Shown here: in pieces, positions 11,702 through 23,900 of the stretch
Numbering within the stretch: position 1 is the stretch's first letter
Layout: the number at the start of each line of letters is the position of its first letter
Assembly: GCA_964106915.2 (NCBI GenBank)
Contig: OZ066925.1
Origin: Podarcis gaigeae
Lineage: Eukaryota
DNA: 64,000 bases
Direction: 5' to 3' (one strand)
The notes under the pieces: generated by a model
Told to the model about the DNA's origin: nothing
What the model saw: only the letters and a program-made list of their open reading frames with translations
Database searches by the model: none
Made by a program: the position numbers and the translations under genes

Positions 11702-12914
11702 ATTTATATCCTGCTCTTTCATCTAAACGATAATCAAAGCAACTGACAAAAACAATGCAAATTATAATATGAATAGAATAGAATAGAATAGAATATTTGG
11801 AACTTTCTGCCTGTTGATATCAAGCAGGCACAATCACTGTACTCTTTTTTGGTTCCTGTTGAAAACATTCTTGTTTAGACAAGTCTAACCAGATGCTTAG
11901 AAAGCTGAGGTAATTTGAATCTGTTTTAGCATTTTAACTTCTGTATGTTTTAAAGTATGGTTGTGATTTTTTAAAATTGATTTTATTGTTTTATCTTTTT
12001 GTAAACCTCTTTGAGGTTCTTCACAATCAAGCAGTGTATAAATTTTATGAAATAAATAAATCAAAATAAGGTAACAAGAAGAGATAAATCCTCAGTGTTA
12101 AATCCTGATGCTGGGAGAAGTACTGGCAGAGTTCACGTCTTCTGAGCTGCTTCGCACTTTGAAAATGTCAAAAATCAAATTGCCACCCACCCAAGAGCAT
12201 TAGGTGGGGTGATCACCAGATCAGTTTATAAAACTACGAGGGTGGCTTTCACTGGAAACATAGCAAAGGTTTTCCAGTTGAGATGAAAACCTTTCACAAT
12301 TGTGAAAATGTTTTCTGAAATATAATCATGTTTTTGTTTTGAGTATAAATAACTTTATTTTATTTACTATGCAGTCCATCTTATAGGCAACAAATAAAGT
12401 AACACTATATCTTCTTGGGTGACATAAATGTTACCATTTTCAAAAAGGTTTTTAGCATTCATATTGTGGTTTCTCCTTCAGTGATATTTAAAGCCAGTCT
12501 TTCTGTTTGTTTAAGCCTTTTGAAGTAATTTATTTTTGGAGTGTCTTCTTGGATCATCACTGTGTGCTGTTCAACGACACAGCAAACCAATATTTTAGCA
12601 GGAATTCCTATTTTATGCAGGTGACCCTACTAGAGCATGTTTGATAGTGTGAGGTCTCTAAAATTATTCTCAGAATGCCACTCACTGATTACTCTATTTT
12701 TCGCAGGGGCCCTCTGGCACTAAGGCACCTAAGAACCAGTGGCCAACTCCAGGGCTGCTTTTCCTTGCCCATTGAAGCACTTTGGCTCCTCTCCTTGGTT
12801 CCTTGTAGCTTTGCAATGACTAAATTTGGGGGTGCAGCCATAATTTTGTTTCTCCAGTGTCCCTGAGGCTGCATTTTCACTGTTGGTTTTGTTGTAAGCA
12901 CTTTTGGCTTTATG

Positions 12915-13230
12915 TTGTTGTTGTTTAGTTGTTTAGTCGTGTCCGACTCTTCGTGACCCCATGGACCAGAGCACGCCAGGCACTCCTGTCTTCCACTGCC
13001 TCCTGCAGTTTGGTCAAACTCATGCTATGATATGCCTGTTGTCTTTGTCCATGGAGTTTTCTTGGCAGGGATACTGCCAAGTATCCTGCTGGTTCCTGCT
13101 CCAGGTGGATCACGTTTGGCCAAAACTCTCCACTATGACCTGTCCATCTTGGGTGGCCCTGCACGGCTTAGCTCATAGCTTCTCTGAGTTATTCAAGCCC
13201 CTTTGCCACGGCAAGGCAGTGATCCATGAT
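12915..13230 (-). mobile_element. BovB (RTE LINE)-derived short element: 5' end joined to 3' end
   Basis: Minus strand ends with the BovB ORF C-terminus (SMSLTKLQEAVEDRSAWRALVHGVTKSRTRLN) and a (CAA)n tail, and begins with a BovB-5'UTR-like sequence (catggatcactgccttg...gggccacccaagatggacaggtcatagtggagag). Confidence 0.85.
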
Positions 13231-13653
13231 CACTGCCTTGGTTTTATACATCCCCCCAACTCCTCTTTCCTTTTTCCACATCTCAGGATACATCCGTCCC
13301 GTCCCACCCCGCAATCCTCATAGTACAATGGTTTTCAACTGATGTGCCACAGTGCCCTGGGGTGCCTTGAATGATGGTGAAGGGAGCCAAGGACAGGACC
13401 AATCTCTGTACCTCCTTCTTTCCCTCCCATCTCTTAATAGATACTGTAGATTAGATTGTGTAGATTAATAGAAGTGGCCACGTGTGGTGGAAGCGAGGGT
13501 TGTGTCATCTGCAAAGCGTGCCTGATGGGAAATGTAGTTCCTGAGCCCTGCCTCCATCTTGGAGGGGGCTGCACTGTCCGCAGACAGGCTAAAGGTGAGC
13601 CTCAGAAAGTGAGGGAGCCGTGGACTCAGAAAGGTTGTAAACCTATGGTTTAA

Positions 13654-13791
13654 CCAGCTTCCTCAACCTCAGCCCTCCAGATCCTTTGAGACTACAATTC
13701 TCATCATCCCTGACCACTGGTTATGCTAGCTATGGATCATGGGAGTTGTAGGCCAAAAACATCTGGAGGGCCCGAGGTTGAGGAAGCCTGG
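13654..13791. mobile_element. Palindromic ~135-bp hAT MITE, family C
   Basis: cttcctcaacctc...gaggttgaggaag inverted ends; gactacaa/ttgtagg core shared with 23766 and 44991 and with older copies near 9126, 28787, 30488, 36380 and 54705. Confidence 0.8.
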
Positions 13792-14760
13792 TTTAGGAGT
13801 TGGTACTAGGTGCTGCAGGAGAAAGCAGCTATTGGTTACTATTGCTTTGACACCCCCCCAAAAGGATCAAAGCCTCTCCCCTGAACTGAGGGGACCTTTC
13901 CTGAAACAGAAGGATTCCTTCCACTCACAGAAGAGTTAACTCTGCACACAACCCAATGTGGAACTTTATTTTCTTGTTTTTGTGTGCAAAACAAAGCATG
14001 TAATTTAAAGTTACATATAATTGGTTAGAAGAAGCATTACCATGGCTGCCAAAAATCCTGTCCCGATTTATCGAGCCCCCACTCATGTGAGACAAATCAA
14101 GTGTGGAGTTTTCAGAAAGTTTGTAATCCATAATTATTTGGAACAGCATCTTTCATCTTCATCTTGCAAAGGCATTTAAAAGCAACATGGATTTGTTCAT
14201 CAAAGCCCCACACATTTGAAAGATTTAAAGCTTCAGAAAAAATTGTGTACTTTCTGGTTCCTGAAATAATCTTTCCAAATGCACAGAAAGCACCCTGCTG
14301 AAGAAGACATTTTTCATTTCCTGAATGATCAGTCCTGGCGTTATTATTTGCCAGATTGCATACTTGAAAGAAGACTTGCTCACATTACTTTTTCCAGAGG
14401 CATCAATCACTTTATGTTTATGATCAGCTATGAGTTATGAATATGATCTACTGGCATATTGTACAAAGATTTCCTCATTCACCTTGCTTGATATAATAAC
14501 CCTGAAAGGATTGGTAATAAAGAACTTTTTTCCCTGTTGACTTGTGTAAGAACGAACGTACAACTCGTCATCAAGATTATTACTTCACTGAAACAACCAA
14601 TATCATTTTTCTTCCCACAAAAATATCCAGTTTTAAAGTTAACCCTTGTTTAGCCATTGATTTAATTGTACCTTAAGTATAAGAGTCTCGAACACTAAGA
14701 ATTATGTTGGGTTGTGATTCCATTGGAACCACTGAATGAGCTAGATGGCCTGACTCAGTA

Positions 14761-15002
14761 CAGTGGTACCTCGGGTTAAGTACTTAATTTGTTCCGGTGG
14801 TCCATTCTTAACCTGAAACTGTTCTTAACCTGAAGCACCACTTTAGCTAATGGGGCCTCCTGCCGTTGCCGCACCGCCAGAGCACGATTTCTGTTCTCAT
14901 CCTGAAGCAAAGTTCTTAACCCAAGGTACTATTTCTGGGTTAGTGGAGTCTGTAACCTGAAGCGTCTGTAACCTGAAGCGTCTGTAACCCGAGGTACCAC
15001 TG
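14761..15002. mobile_element. Tigger-like MITE, family A copy 3, inserted in a SINE tail
   Basis: Perfect termini and TA flanks; flanks rejoin to tgactcagTAtaaggcagcttcct. Confidence 0.92.
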
Positions 15003-15409
15003 TATAAGGCAGCTTCCTATTTTCTTACTCAGCAGGTGAGGCTTCAGTTAACAACACAAAAACAGCCGGCTGGATCAGGCCAATGGCCCATCTAGTCCAG
15101 TATCCTGCTCTCACTGTAGCCAACCAGCTGCTCATGAGCCATTCCAGGCAAGCTGATTTTTGGATGCTTTGGAGTCACATGGTAAAGTGTTTCTATGCAA
15201 GTGCACATTGTAACACACACACAATTGCTTCTGCAATATCATGTGACCATCTACAAAGTGGATCCACTCTGTCCAGATCATAGGAAGCACATCGGAGACT
15301 TGGAAGCAATAACAAAAAAGCAGAGCTGATGTAAAAAAGTTATACGCATTCAAGCAAAAAGGCACCAAATAGCATCTGGTCTAATGACAAAATTGTGCAG
15401 GGACTAACT

Positions 15410-15900
15410 TGTTGGAATTCTGGCCCGGTCAGAGGTATGTGCCTATCTGTTCAGGCACCGGCTGAATTCCTTTGACCTCCCTCCGGCGACTCCTGGCAGA
15501 ACAACATACGAGGTCCGTTCCGGCGATTTTCCTCAGGCTGTGAGAAAAACACACCAACTGCTTCTCCTCCTCCCTGCTCCCTGCATATCCCCAGGGAGGG
15601 GAATCAGACACAGACAGAAATGTAACTACATGCTTTTATTCCTGTCTTTAGCAGTCATACAGTAAAAGATGTTTGCTCTCTTCAACAAACAGAGAGAAAC
15701 TCCAAACTCCACCCATGTACATCCTGTACAGGTCATATGACACATCCTGAGCTCACATCCTGTGCTCAATAAGGAGAATGGACTGCCCCTTCGTTTTCAT
15801 GGCAACAGTCACATACTTCCTGTTTGGCTTTCCAGCCACAAGCAGCAGACTGAGCTGCTAGAGCCTTTGCTTGCTGCAGCATTGCTGCTTTAGAATAACA
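15410..15900 (-). mobile_element. Solo LTR (491 bp)
   Basis: TGTT...AACA ends flanked by a perfect 5-bp duplication TAACT (15405-15409, 15901-15905); minus-strand AATAAA at 15635-15640 gives the orientation. Confidence 0.88.
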
Positions 15901-16613
15901 TAACTATCCTTTGTGACTAACAAAAGAAGACTGCTAGCTCCCTGTTCCACAGCAAGAGGAGGAACCCCATTTAAGCTTTCTTCTTGCCAAGCAGCCAGGG
16001 GCCAGTGTCTCACAAATATGATAAAAACCATGCTTTACTGTACTAATGTATGTGTGATTTATGCTTCTTTTTGTAAGTGGAGCACATTACAAGCAGCTGA
16101 AGTAAACAAAATGCTTGGCTTGTGTGCCGTTACGCCTTAATCTCCTTCTAAATTATATTGCTCATTTTTAAAATGTGCACTCATAAGCTCTAGAAAGTGT
16201 TGCTTATATGCATTTTTGCTGCTGATAATCAAGCTGATGTGTGTGCTTAAGAGAACCTTGGCTTAACCCTCTATATAATTTGCTATTATTGGAAGCCAGT
16301 TGAGATGATTACTAGGGTTTGTGTTTTTTTCCATCTAGATTGTGCCAGAATCCAAAAAACAGCAGGTAGTCATACACATTATGCTTTCCTTCTTCTATTT
16401 TGTGTGTGTTGTTACAAAAGCCTAATTGGATCAAGTATGGGTCATGCGTTGGATCTTTTATTTCTAAATATGTAAAATAACACCCCTCTTCATCTAAATG
16501 CCTGTCCTTGGTTTGTTGAGGCTATCTGTTCCATATTTAATAACTGGCTGGAATCACCTTTTTTGGAGAAGTAAAAGAATTGGGCAGGGGAGAGGGATGA
16601 GTAAGTATTAGTG

Positions 16614-17261
16614 CAGGGATGGGAAAGATGTGGCCCTACAGTTGTTTTTGGACTCCCATCTCTCATTACCCCCAAATAGCTTGGTCTATAGTCAGGAAGG
16701 GATGCGGGTGGTGCTGTGGGTTAAACCACAGAGCCTAGGACTTGCCGATCAGAAGGTTGGGGGTTCGAATCCCCACAACAGGGTGAGCTCCCGTTGCTTG
16801 GTCCCTCTCCTACCAACCTACCAGTTCGAAAGCCCGTCAGAGTGCAAGTAGATAAATAGGTACCGCTCCGGCGGGAAGGTAAACGGTGTTTCTGTGCACT
16901 GCTCTGGTTCACCAGAAGCGGCTTAGTCATGCTGGCCACATGACCCGGAAGCTGTACACTGGCTCCCTTGGCCAATAAAGTGAGATGAGTGCCGCAACCC
17001 CAGAGTCGGTCACGACTGGACCTAATGGTCAGGGGCCCCTTTGCCTTTACTTATAGTCAGGAAGGATGGGGGCTATAAACCAGGTGTGGAGAACCTTTGG
17101 CTTTTGGATGTTGCTGAACTACAATCTCCACCATCCCTGGCCATTGGCCATGCATGCAGGGGCTGATGGCAGTTGTAGTTCATCAACATCCAGGAGGCCA
17201 ATGGTTCCCCCTACTGCTTTAGTCCATTGACATCTGGAAGGCCACAGGTTAGCATTCCCTG
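16614..17261. mobile_element. Family C hAT MITE interrupted by a Sauria SINE and a second MITE (17081-17216)
   Basis: CAGGGATGGG...TCCCTG outer ends; removing the two inserts restores a ~150-bp family C palindrome. Confidence 0.7.
16699..17051 (+). mobile_element. Sauria SINE, full length
   Basis: Homologous to the 4205 copy; 12-bp duplication TATAGTCAGGAA at 16687-16698 and 17052-17063. Confidence 0.93.
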
Positions 17262-20159
17262 TCTTTAGGAAATAGAATATTTCAGAACATGACAGGTCTT
17301 TAAAAACAACTGTTCCTTCCTTCGGAATACCCCAGCTTTGTAGCTGAGCAGACCAGACAGTACCTCCCCAGAGGGACCCTTATTTTTGTAATTGTGATCT
17401 GGCAATCTTACTGTGCTCATTACTCTGCTCCTTAGACCAAATCCTCTCTCAGTCTAAATTAGAATAACTAGCTTTGATGGGAACTGCTGCCGTTTACATT
17501 GTCTAAGGAGATGGTCCTGTGAAAATGACTCTGCTTTTTTTGCCAGCAGGAATTCAACTCAGCTCTTGTTCAATTTTCTGCTTCAAGATAATGGAAAAAA
17601 ATAGGTGGAGGGCGGAGGGAAACCATGTACACCACCTTGAGCTCATGGGAGTAGAAGTGAGATATAAATGTAACAAATAAATAAAAATGAACAACAAACA
17701 ACAGGTTCTAGCAATAAATCCCATACATGAACTCAGGGTGTTGTCATTTCTGCAAGAGTATCTATGTAGGTAAATACAATTCTTATATTAAAAAAACAAA
17801 AACAAATAAGCCTCTCTCCAGCACACATATTTCTTTTTTTCTGTGTAATTTGCAGTGCATACATCATAAGCAATATATTTCAGTGGTGGCTTTACATAGG
17901 TAACAATTATGGAAATGTGCTGATAAAATGCATCTTTTACAGCTGTAATTCTGTGTATTAGGAGCATTTAATGGAGGGGTAGAGGCAATGACCCAGTTCC
18001 TCAGCTTGCTTTCTGCTTCCAGTGGTGTGGTAGCAACATTTGTGTCATGCCACTTTGAGGTGCCTTGGTTCGTCCACCTCCTTCAGGCCAGACAGTAAAA
18101 GGCCCCACACTACCCAGAGGTCCTCTGCCAGACGACAAAATGTGGATGCAGTGGAAGCAATAAAGCTATCCTTTTTTGCTGCCTTCACTGCCACCAGGTA
18201 GGCTCAGTGTTCAATTGCACTCAACCAGAATTTTCCTCTGCTCACGTTTGAGCCACCCCTCAGCTTGTTTCCTCGCCCTAAGCTCTGGAGTATACCAAGG
18301 AGCCAAAGGGGTTCCACGAAGCAGAAGAACATGAGATATACTGTCACCATGCCATTCCCCTCCCATTGAGGTCAATAGAAGAGAAACTTCCTGTACTGCA
18401 ATTCTGGAGCTGATGTACACCTGCCAATTGTCCTGATTTGACTGGGACATTGCTGACAAAAGCCGCAAGCAGTGAGGTCGCCTGGTGGGACGGCATGATG
18501 GAGGCAGGGGATGCCCTAGATTTAGGTTAGAAGAAGTTGGAGGGTATGCTGCTGTAAAGGTGTGCCATGGATGGGGGTACGCTTGTGGCTTGAAGGCATA
18601 AGTATGCTTCTCCTCTATGTTCTTAATTGCTGTGGCTGTCTCCCATGTCATCCTCTGCCCCCGCTTTGCAATATGTGAACACTGTGTTTTGTCTCAGCTA
18701 TATTAGTCTATCGCTGTTCCCGTCCCACGTCCATGGGGAGCAGCGTCTTGCACACGTGCAGGAGAGGCACTCGCCACCCCTACACGCAGTTAGGCTCCCT
18801 GTTGGCAAAGGCTACAACTCTGTCCTTTGAAGCCACCTTTTGCCTTTTGGCACCTGTGGAGATTGGCGGCAACAAAGAACCTTCTAGGTTTGTTGTTTGG
18901 GCCTTAGACGCGTAATTAGAAGTGAATGTTCTTCTCTGTTTATCAATAATGCAGATTTAGCACAGCTCCTCCGCTGTTTGTGCAGCTATTATTATGCAGC
19001 ACAATATGTTCACACTGACAACACAGCCCCGATTAATAATTTAGCCCTGATCTGGAGGAGTCTGTCACATTGAGCAACGGCTTTCGTCACCAAGTTTGTA
19101 GTTTGGCATTCACAGACAGGGCCAGATCAAGGCCTCTGTTAAACGTGCCATAGGCTACATGCCCTGTAATGTAACAATGGGAGAGAGATCCCATGTGAAG
19201 TGTGGACCTATGCCTCTCCTTGTGTTTGCTCAGTTCATTTAAAGTCAGCATGTAGCCATTCTTGGGACACAGTGGAGGCTGCTGGAACCTAGTGGGGCAT
19301 CAAGGAGGTCCCATGGGGGGCACCTAGGTCTCTATCCTCCTCTCTTGTGACGAGGATGTAATACTAAATCAACCACTCTGTGGCTTGCTTCCCTGGTCAA
19401 TTAAGAGAAGATTCTGATACAACTTACTCTCATGTGAGTGGACAGAGGATTGCAGGTGGCACTCATCATCCCGGGTGACATATAGTGAGCTTCATTGCTG
19501 AGCGAGGTTTTGAACCCAGGTCTCCCATGCCCTAACTGAACAGTCTTACCACTTAACCTGTACACAATGCAATCAAGTAGGGTTGCCAACTGATCAAAAG
19601 AATGGCCTAGTCTGCTCAGAAATCTACAGCTGTAAGCTGATTTATCTGTGCAGATGAGCATCAGCAGAGTCTCATGTCAACCCCTGTTAAAAACACAAAA
19701 GCAGGCCGGCTTGCTTCTCCCAATATGTTGGATGTTAACATTTAGTGTTGAAGTAATTATGCTAGTGCTTATTTTTGGGCTTCCACCCACACACTCTTGC
19801 TCAAAAGTCTGCAAATAAGCTATATCTAGGCATGCTATTCCACTTACATCGAAGCACCCACAATATTGTTGGCCGGCTACTTGAAAGCTCTAATCCACTT
19901 TCCATATTTGTTTACCTGCATCTTTCATTCTTCTGACTGTACCTTATCTTTAAGAGTACAAATTAAAGCGTAACACAGATGTTTCCAGAAAGGGAGCCCT
20001 GTTGATATTCTACAATCTGACAGTGTACAGTTTTGGATGGATAATAAAGCATTGAACATCCATCCAGAACTTCAAAGAATACAGACCCAAGCATTCTAGC
20101 CAGAAATGTATTTCAGAGGCGTAACCATGTTAGCCTATTGTGCCAATAAGAACAAAGAG

Positions 20160-20690
20160 TCCTCAGGCACCCCTGGCCAAGGAAGGCACATGTCTGATAG
20201 TGAATTCTTTATTGACAAAAGCATGCACTTATAGCAATTCCAGTGGTGCCCCAGATACACCCACATACTTCCTTCTGGCCTCTAGGCAGCTGTCCCAGGG
20301 CTGTGCCCTATGGAGCAGTTGCAGCAACAGTGGGGACTACACACCCCAACCAGCTTCTGTACCCTCGCCTGACAGGGTGCATGCACACAACCTGAGGCTT
20401 TTCCTGTGTTGAAGGCATCGCTGCTCTTCTGTCTTCAAGCCCCTCCTGGTTCTAGGAGGCAGCAGAGTGGGGGATGATGGGGATTCGATTGGCCTGTCCC
20501 TTGCCTGAACAGCCTCCAACATATCCTCCAACATATCTTCCTCCAACATATCCTCCCTGCCCAACTCTGTCTCTGACAGCTCTGAGCATCCCTCTTCCCC
20601 TTGCCCAGGCTTCTGCCTCACGGGTGGCACCAAACCCCATATAACGCTGGCCTGGACCAATGCCACACATGTGTCAGACACTGGCAGCTT
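20160..20690 (-). mobile_element. Degraded LTR-like element related to 10590-11195 (boundaries approximate)
   Basis: Minus strand is purine-rich with an acidic ORF and the PRTRRG...SLRL motif; minus-strand AATAAA at ~20208-20213. Confidence 0.45.
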
Positions 20691-20794
20691 CATGGTGCCA
20701 TGTATCTGGTAGTGTTACCGTCTTCAGCTAATTGTTTTGATTTTTTTTTTAGTGCTAATGTACAAACTCAACTGATACAAGTGTACCATGTTTG

Positions 20795-21210
20795 GGGAAG
20801 GGCTGCAGCTCAGTGGTTAGAGCATCTGCTTAGCATGCAGAAGGTTGCAGGTTCAATCCTTGGGATCTCCCAAGTTAGGCTGGGAGAGACTCTGAAACCC
20901 TAACAAGTCCCTGCCAGTCAGTGTAGACTATACAGTGGTACTTCGGGTTGCATATACTTCAGGTTACAGACTCCGGTAACCCAGAAATAGTGCTTCAGGT
21001 TAAGAACTTTGCTTCAGGATGAGAACAGAAATTGTGCTCCGGCGGCACAATGGCAGCGGGAGATCCCATTAGCTAAAGTGGTGCTTCAGGTTAAGAACAG
21101 TTTCAGGTTAAGAACGGACCTTCGGAATGAATTAAGTACTTAACCAGAGGTACCACTGTACTGAACCTGATGGACTGATAGTCTGACTTGGTATAAGGCA
21201 GCTTCATTAG
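20795..21210 (+). mobile_element. tRNA-derived SINE interrupted by a MITE
   Basis: A box (gcagctcagtggttagagc) and B box (ggttcaatcc), body gccagtcagtgtagac, tail ggtataaggcagcttc resumes at 21159. Confidence 0.8.
20933..21158. mobile_element. Tigger-like MITE, family A copy 4 (inverted)
   Basis: CAGTGGTAC...GTACCACTG termini with TA flanks. Confidence 0.9.
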
Positions 21211-23765
21211 TATGATACAGAAAGTTTTTCCTGGTAGACACTGAATCAGTGTAGAGATTTTCTGCATCTTTCCTTACATGGATGGTGGCACCACCCAGGC
21301 TTGGTCTAATCTCTTAAGGAGACCATGTGTCCTTCTATACAGAGAACAGTCCCTGGTTTGATGCCCTGGCTGGTCCAAGTCCCATTCCAGATAAAGTACC
21401 ATAAGAAAGGAGGGCCTGAAGTTGCCAATCAACAGTTAGCATCTAGACAGCAGACAATACAGGCAGGCAGGCCACTTGGTTGCAGTCTTCTTTGCTATGG
21501 CAAAATGTATCGTGTTTCCATTTAAATTACAGTTATGATTTCTAACTTTACATGTGCACATTTTTTGCAAATCTGTGCCTCCTTTTGTCCATGTTTTCGG
21601 TGATGCATTTCCTCTGCTCCCCTTTTTTGTGGGGAGGGGATGAGCCAGGAGTCGCCAAATTCCACTCCCCATGAGTAGCTGGGGAAGGGAATTTGGAGAG
21701 GTGAAATGGCAGAAAAGGAGTGAATTAACCACCACCATCTTGCATTTGTGTCTTGGGATGTGTACACACTGTACATTTAAAACCACATTAATAACCCATA
21801 GTCCCCAGAATTTTGGGGGGAAACTCATGTGCATTTAAAGTATGTCTTTAAGATTTATTTATTTAGAATATTATGTGTGCTCTTTGCAAACTTCAGCTTG
21901 GCAAGAACCAGCTCCAAATTATTGCATAGACCTTCTGGTGAGGGGCGGTTTGCCCTCCGCTGCTCCCTTCTCCTGGGGAGGGCGGGTTATAAATAAAAAT
22001 TATTATTATTATTGTTGTTGTTGTTGTTCCCAGGGCTCAGTGGTGGGAGGTAGTACAGATAAAGAATAGCCAGGACCCCCTGCCATGACATCACCTGGGG
22101 CTGCCCTTAGGTCTCAGGTTTGGGTCCTGAAATCTCAGGATGCTTCTGACCTGGCAGACCTACCTCTTACAAGCTATTTTTGTTTCCTGAGCCAAAGGAC
22201 AAGATGCAACCCCTGCTATGTGCAGAAGGTGACCAGATGGGCCATCAAATCTTACTTCAAAAGTGGCAATGCAACAGCATTCCTCACCATGCCTCTTGGC
22301 ACATACAACTGGCTCTCCTTACCTACCCACCCTCGGCATCTGCTGCCTGATATGGCCACATCACTTTACTTTACCTAACAGTAGGGCCATCCCAACCTCA
22401 CTTCAAATACTTCAGAGTCTGGATTGAATGCCAGACTAAAAAGCATTTGCACTGGGCTGTGTAAAGTTCCCCTAGTATTGTTATCTCAGAAGGACTATCA
22501 TAGGACCAAAGGAAGCTGGAGTGGTGGCTTGTGGCCACCAGGACTAGTTGGGTAGAAAGGCAGGGAGATCAGCAGTAACTGGAGCCAAAGCCATTGATAG
22601 ATGGAAGCAGCCAATTCTAGTTTTGTCCCATGCTTCTCCATGCTGAATTCTACAAGGGCAGCACTGAGACTAAGGAGAAGAATGAAGCTTACGGCCACTC
22701 CTGCCTTCTGTACTGGTTGTAAGGGGCAGACTAGTGGGGCAGTGACTTATTTGCCCTAATGAACCAACCACCATTGAGAAGCTGCCCTATGCCAGATCAG
22801 AGTATTTTGTCTATCTAGCTCAGTGTTATCTATGTTGGATAGCAGTGGTTCTCCAGGGTCTCAGGTGGAGATCATCCACCTCAATGACTACCTGATCTTT
22901 TAAACTGGAGGTGCCAAGAGGGATTGCACCTGCGACCTTCTATACACCACTGAGCTCCAACCCTCCTGGACACCATGTCACAGGAAGGAGAAATTTTCTA
23001 GAGACTTCGATTGCATAAACCAGCCCTTTGCATGCATTTTGGCGTGTAATAGCTGAGGTGTACAGCACAATTTGCTCGCTTGGAATCGCTCAATATCAAA
23101 TTAACTTCAGATGTGCTCGGATTTATCTGTTGCAGGAGGCAAATGCCAGGCCAAGTAGAAGATAAATTTGATATGCTTGCAATGCAAAGGCCATTTTGTG
23201 AGTAGAATTATAAACGTCCTTTTAGAGGTATTAACTTCCCCCGTGCTTACAAAAGGAAACCAAATATTTTTGCAGTTGGTCTGAGAAATGTTTGATCCAA
23301 AACTTATTTTTCACACTGGAATGTTTGAAGCATCCAACATATTTGGCCCATGATGAAAATGTCTGTCTCTGTTGCTCGGCTGCTGCTGTTTTTCTTCTTC
23401 TCTACATCATCTGCGCTGCGCACAAACAAGCGAGAGCCGTTCCATTCCACTCATTTTTCTTATGTTCTGTGCTGAGCAAAGGGAGAGTGTTTTCCTTTAC
23501 ATTCCCATTAGCTGCTGCAGCTAAAGACAATTAGGGGGAGCAAACGGAATAGATTAAGAGAAAATTAGCTTGGTTGCTACACTGCTGGAGCCTGTTGGCA
23601 TAAAACTACATTGTGTTTGAGAGTGGGGATGGTGATATTTTTGCTGCAGTGACAATTTTTGGTCTAAGACGTAAAATTATAACATAAACAGCTTCTTTGG
23701 AAGAAATAATTATAGGTAGTTACTCAGCTGCAGGATTGCAGGAAGCAATGATCATACCTTTAAAT

Positions 23766-23900
23766 CAGGCATAGGCAAACTTGGCCCTCCAGATGTTTGG
23801 GACTACAACTCCCATCATCCCTAGATAACAGGACCAGTGGTCAGGGGTGATGGTAGTTGTAGTCCCAAAACATCTGGAGGGCCGAGTTTGCCTGTGCCTG
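23766..23900. mobile_element. Family C hAT MITE (a second copy follows at ~23925-24050)
   Basis: CAGGCATAGGCAAAC...GTTTGCCTGTGCCTG; flanks ctttaaat / ttctaaat. Confidence 0.85.

Noticed and set aside
14040-14425. Coding-looking unique sequence, possible transposase or viral relic
   Set aside because: Only short frames with stops, and no motif strong enough to assign.
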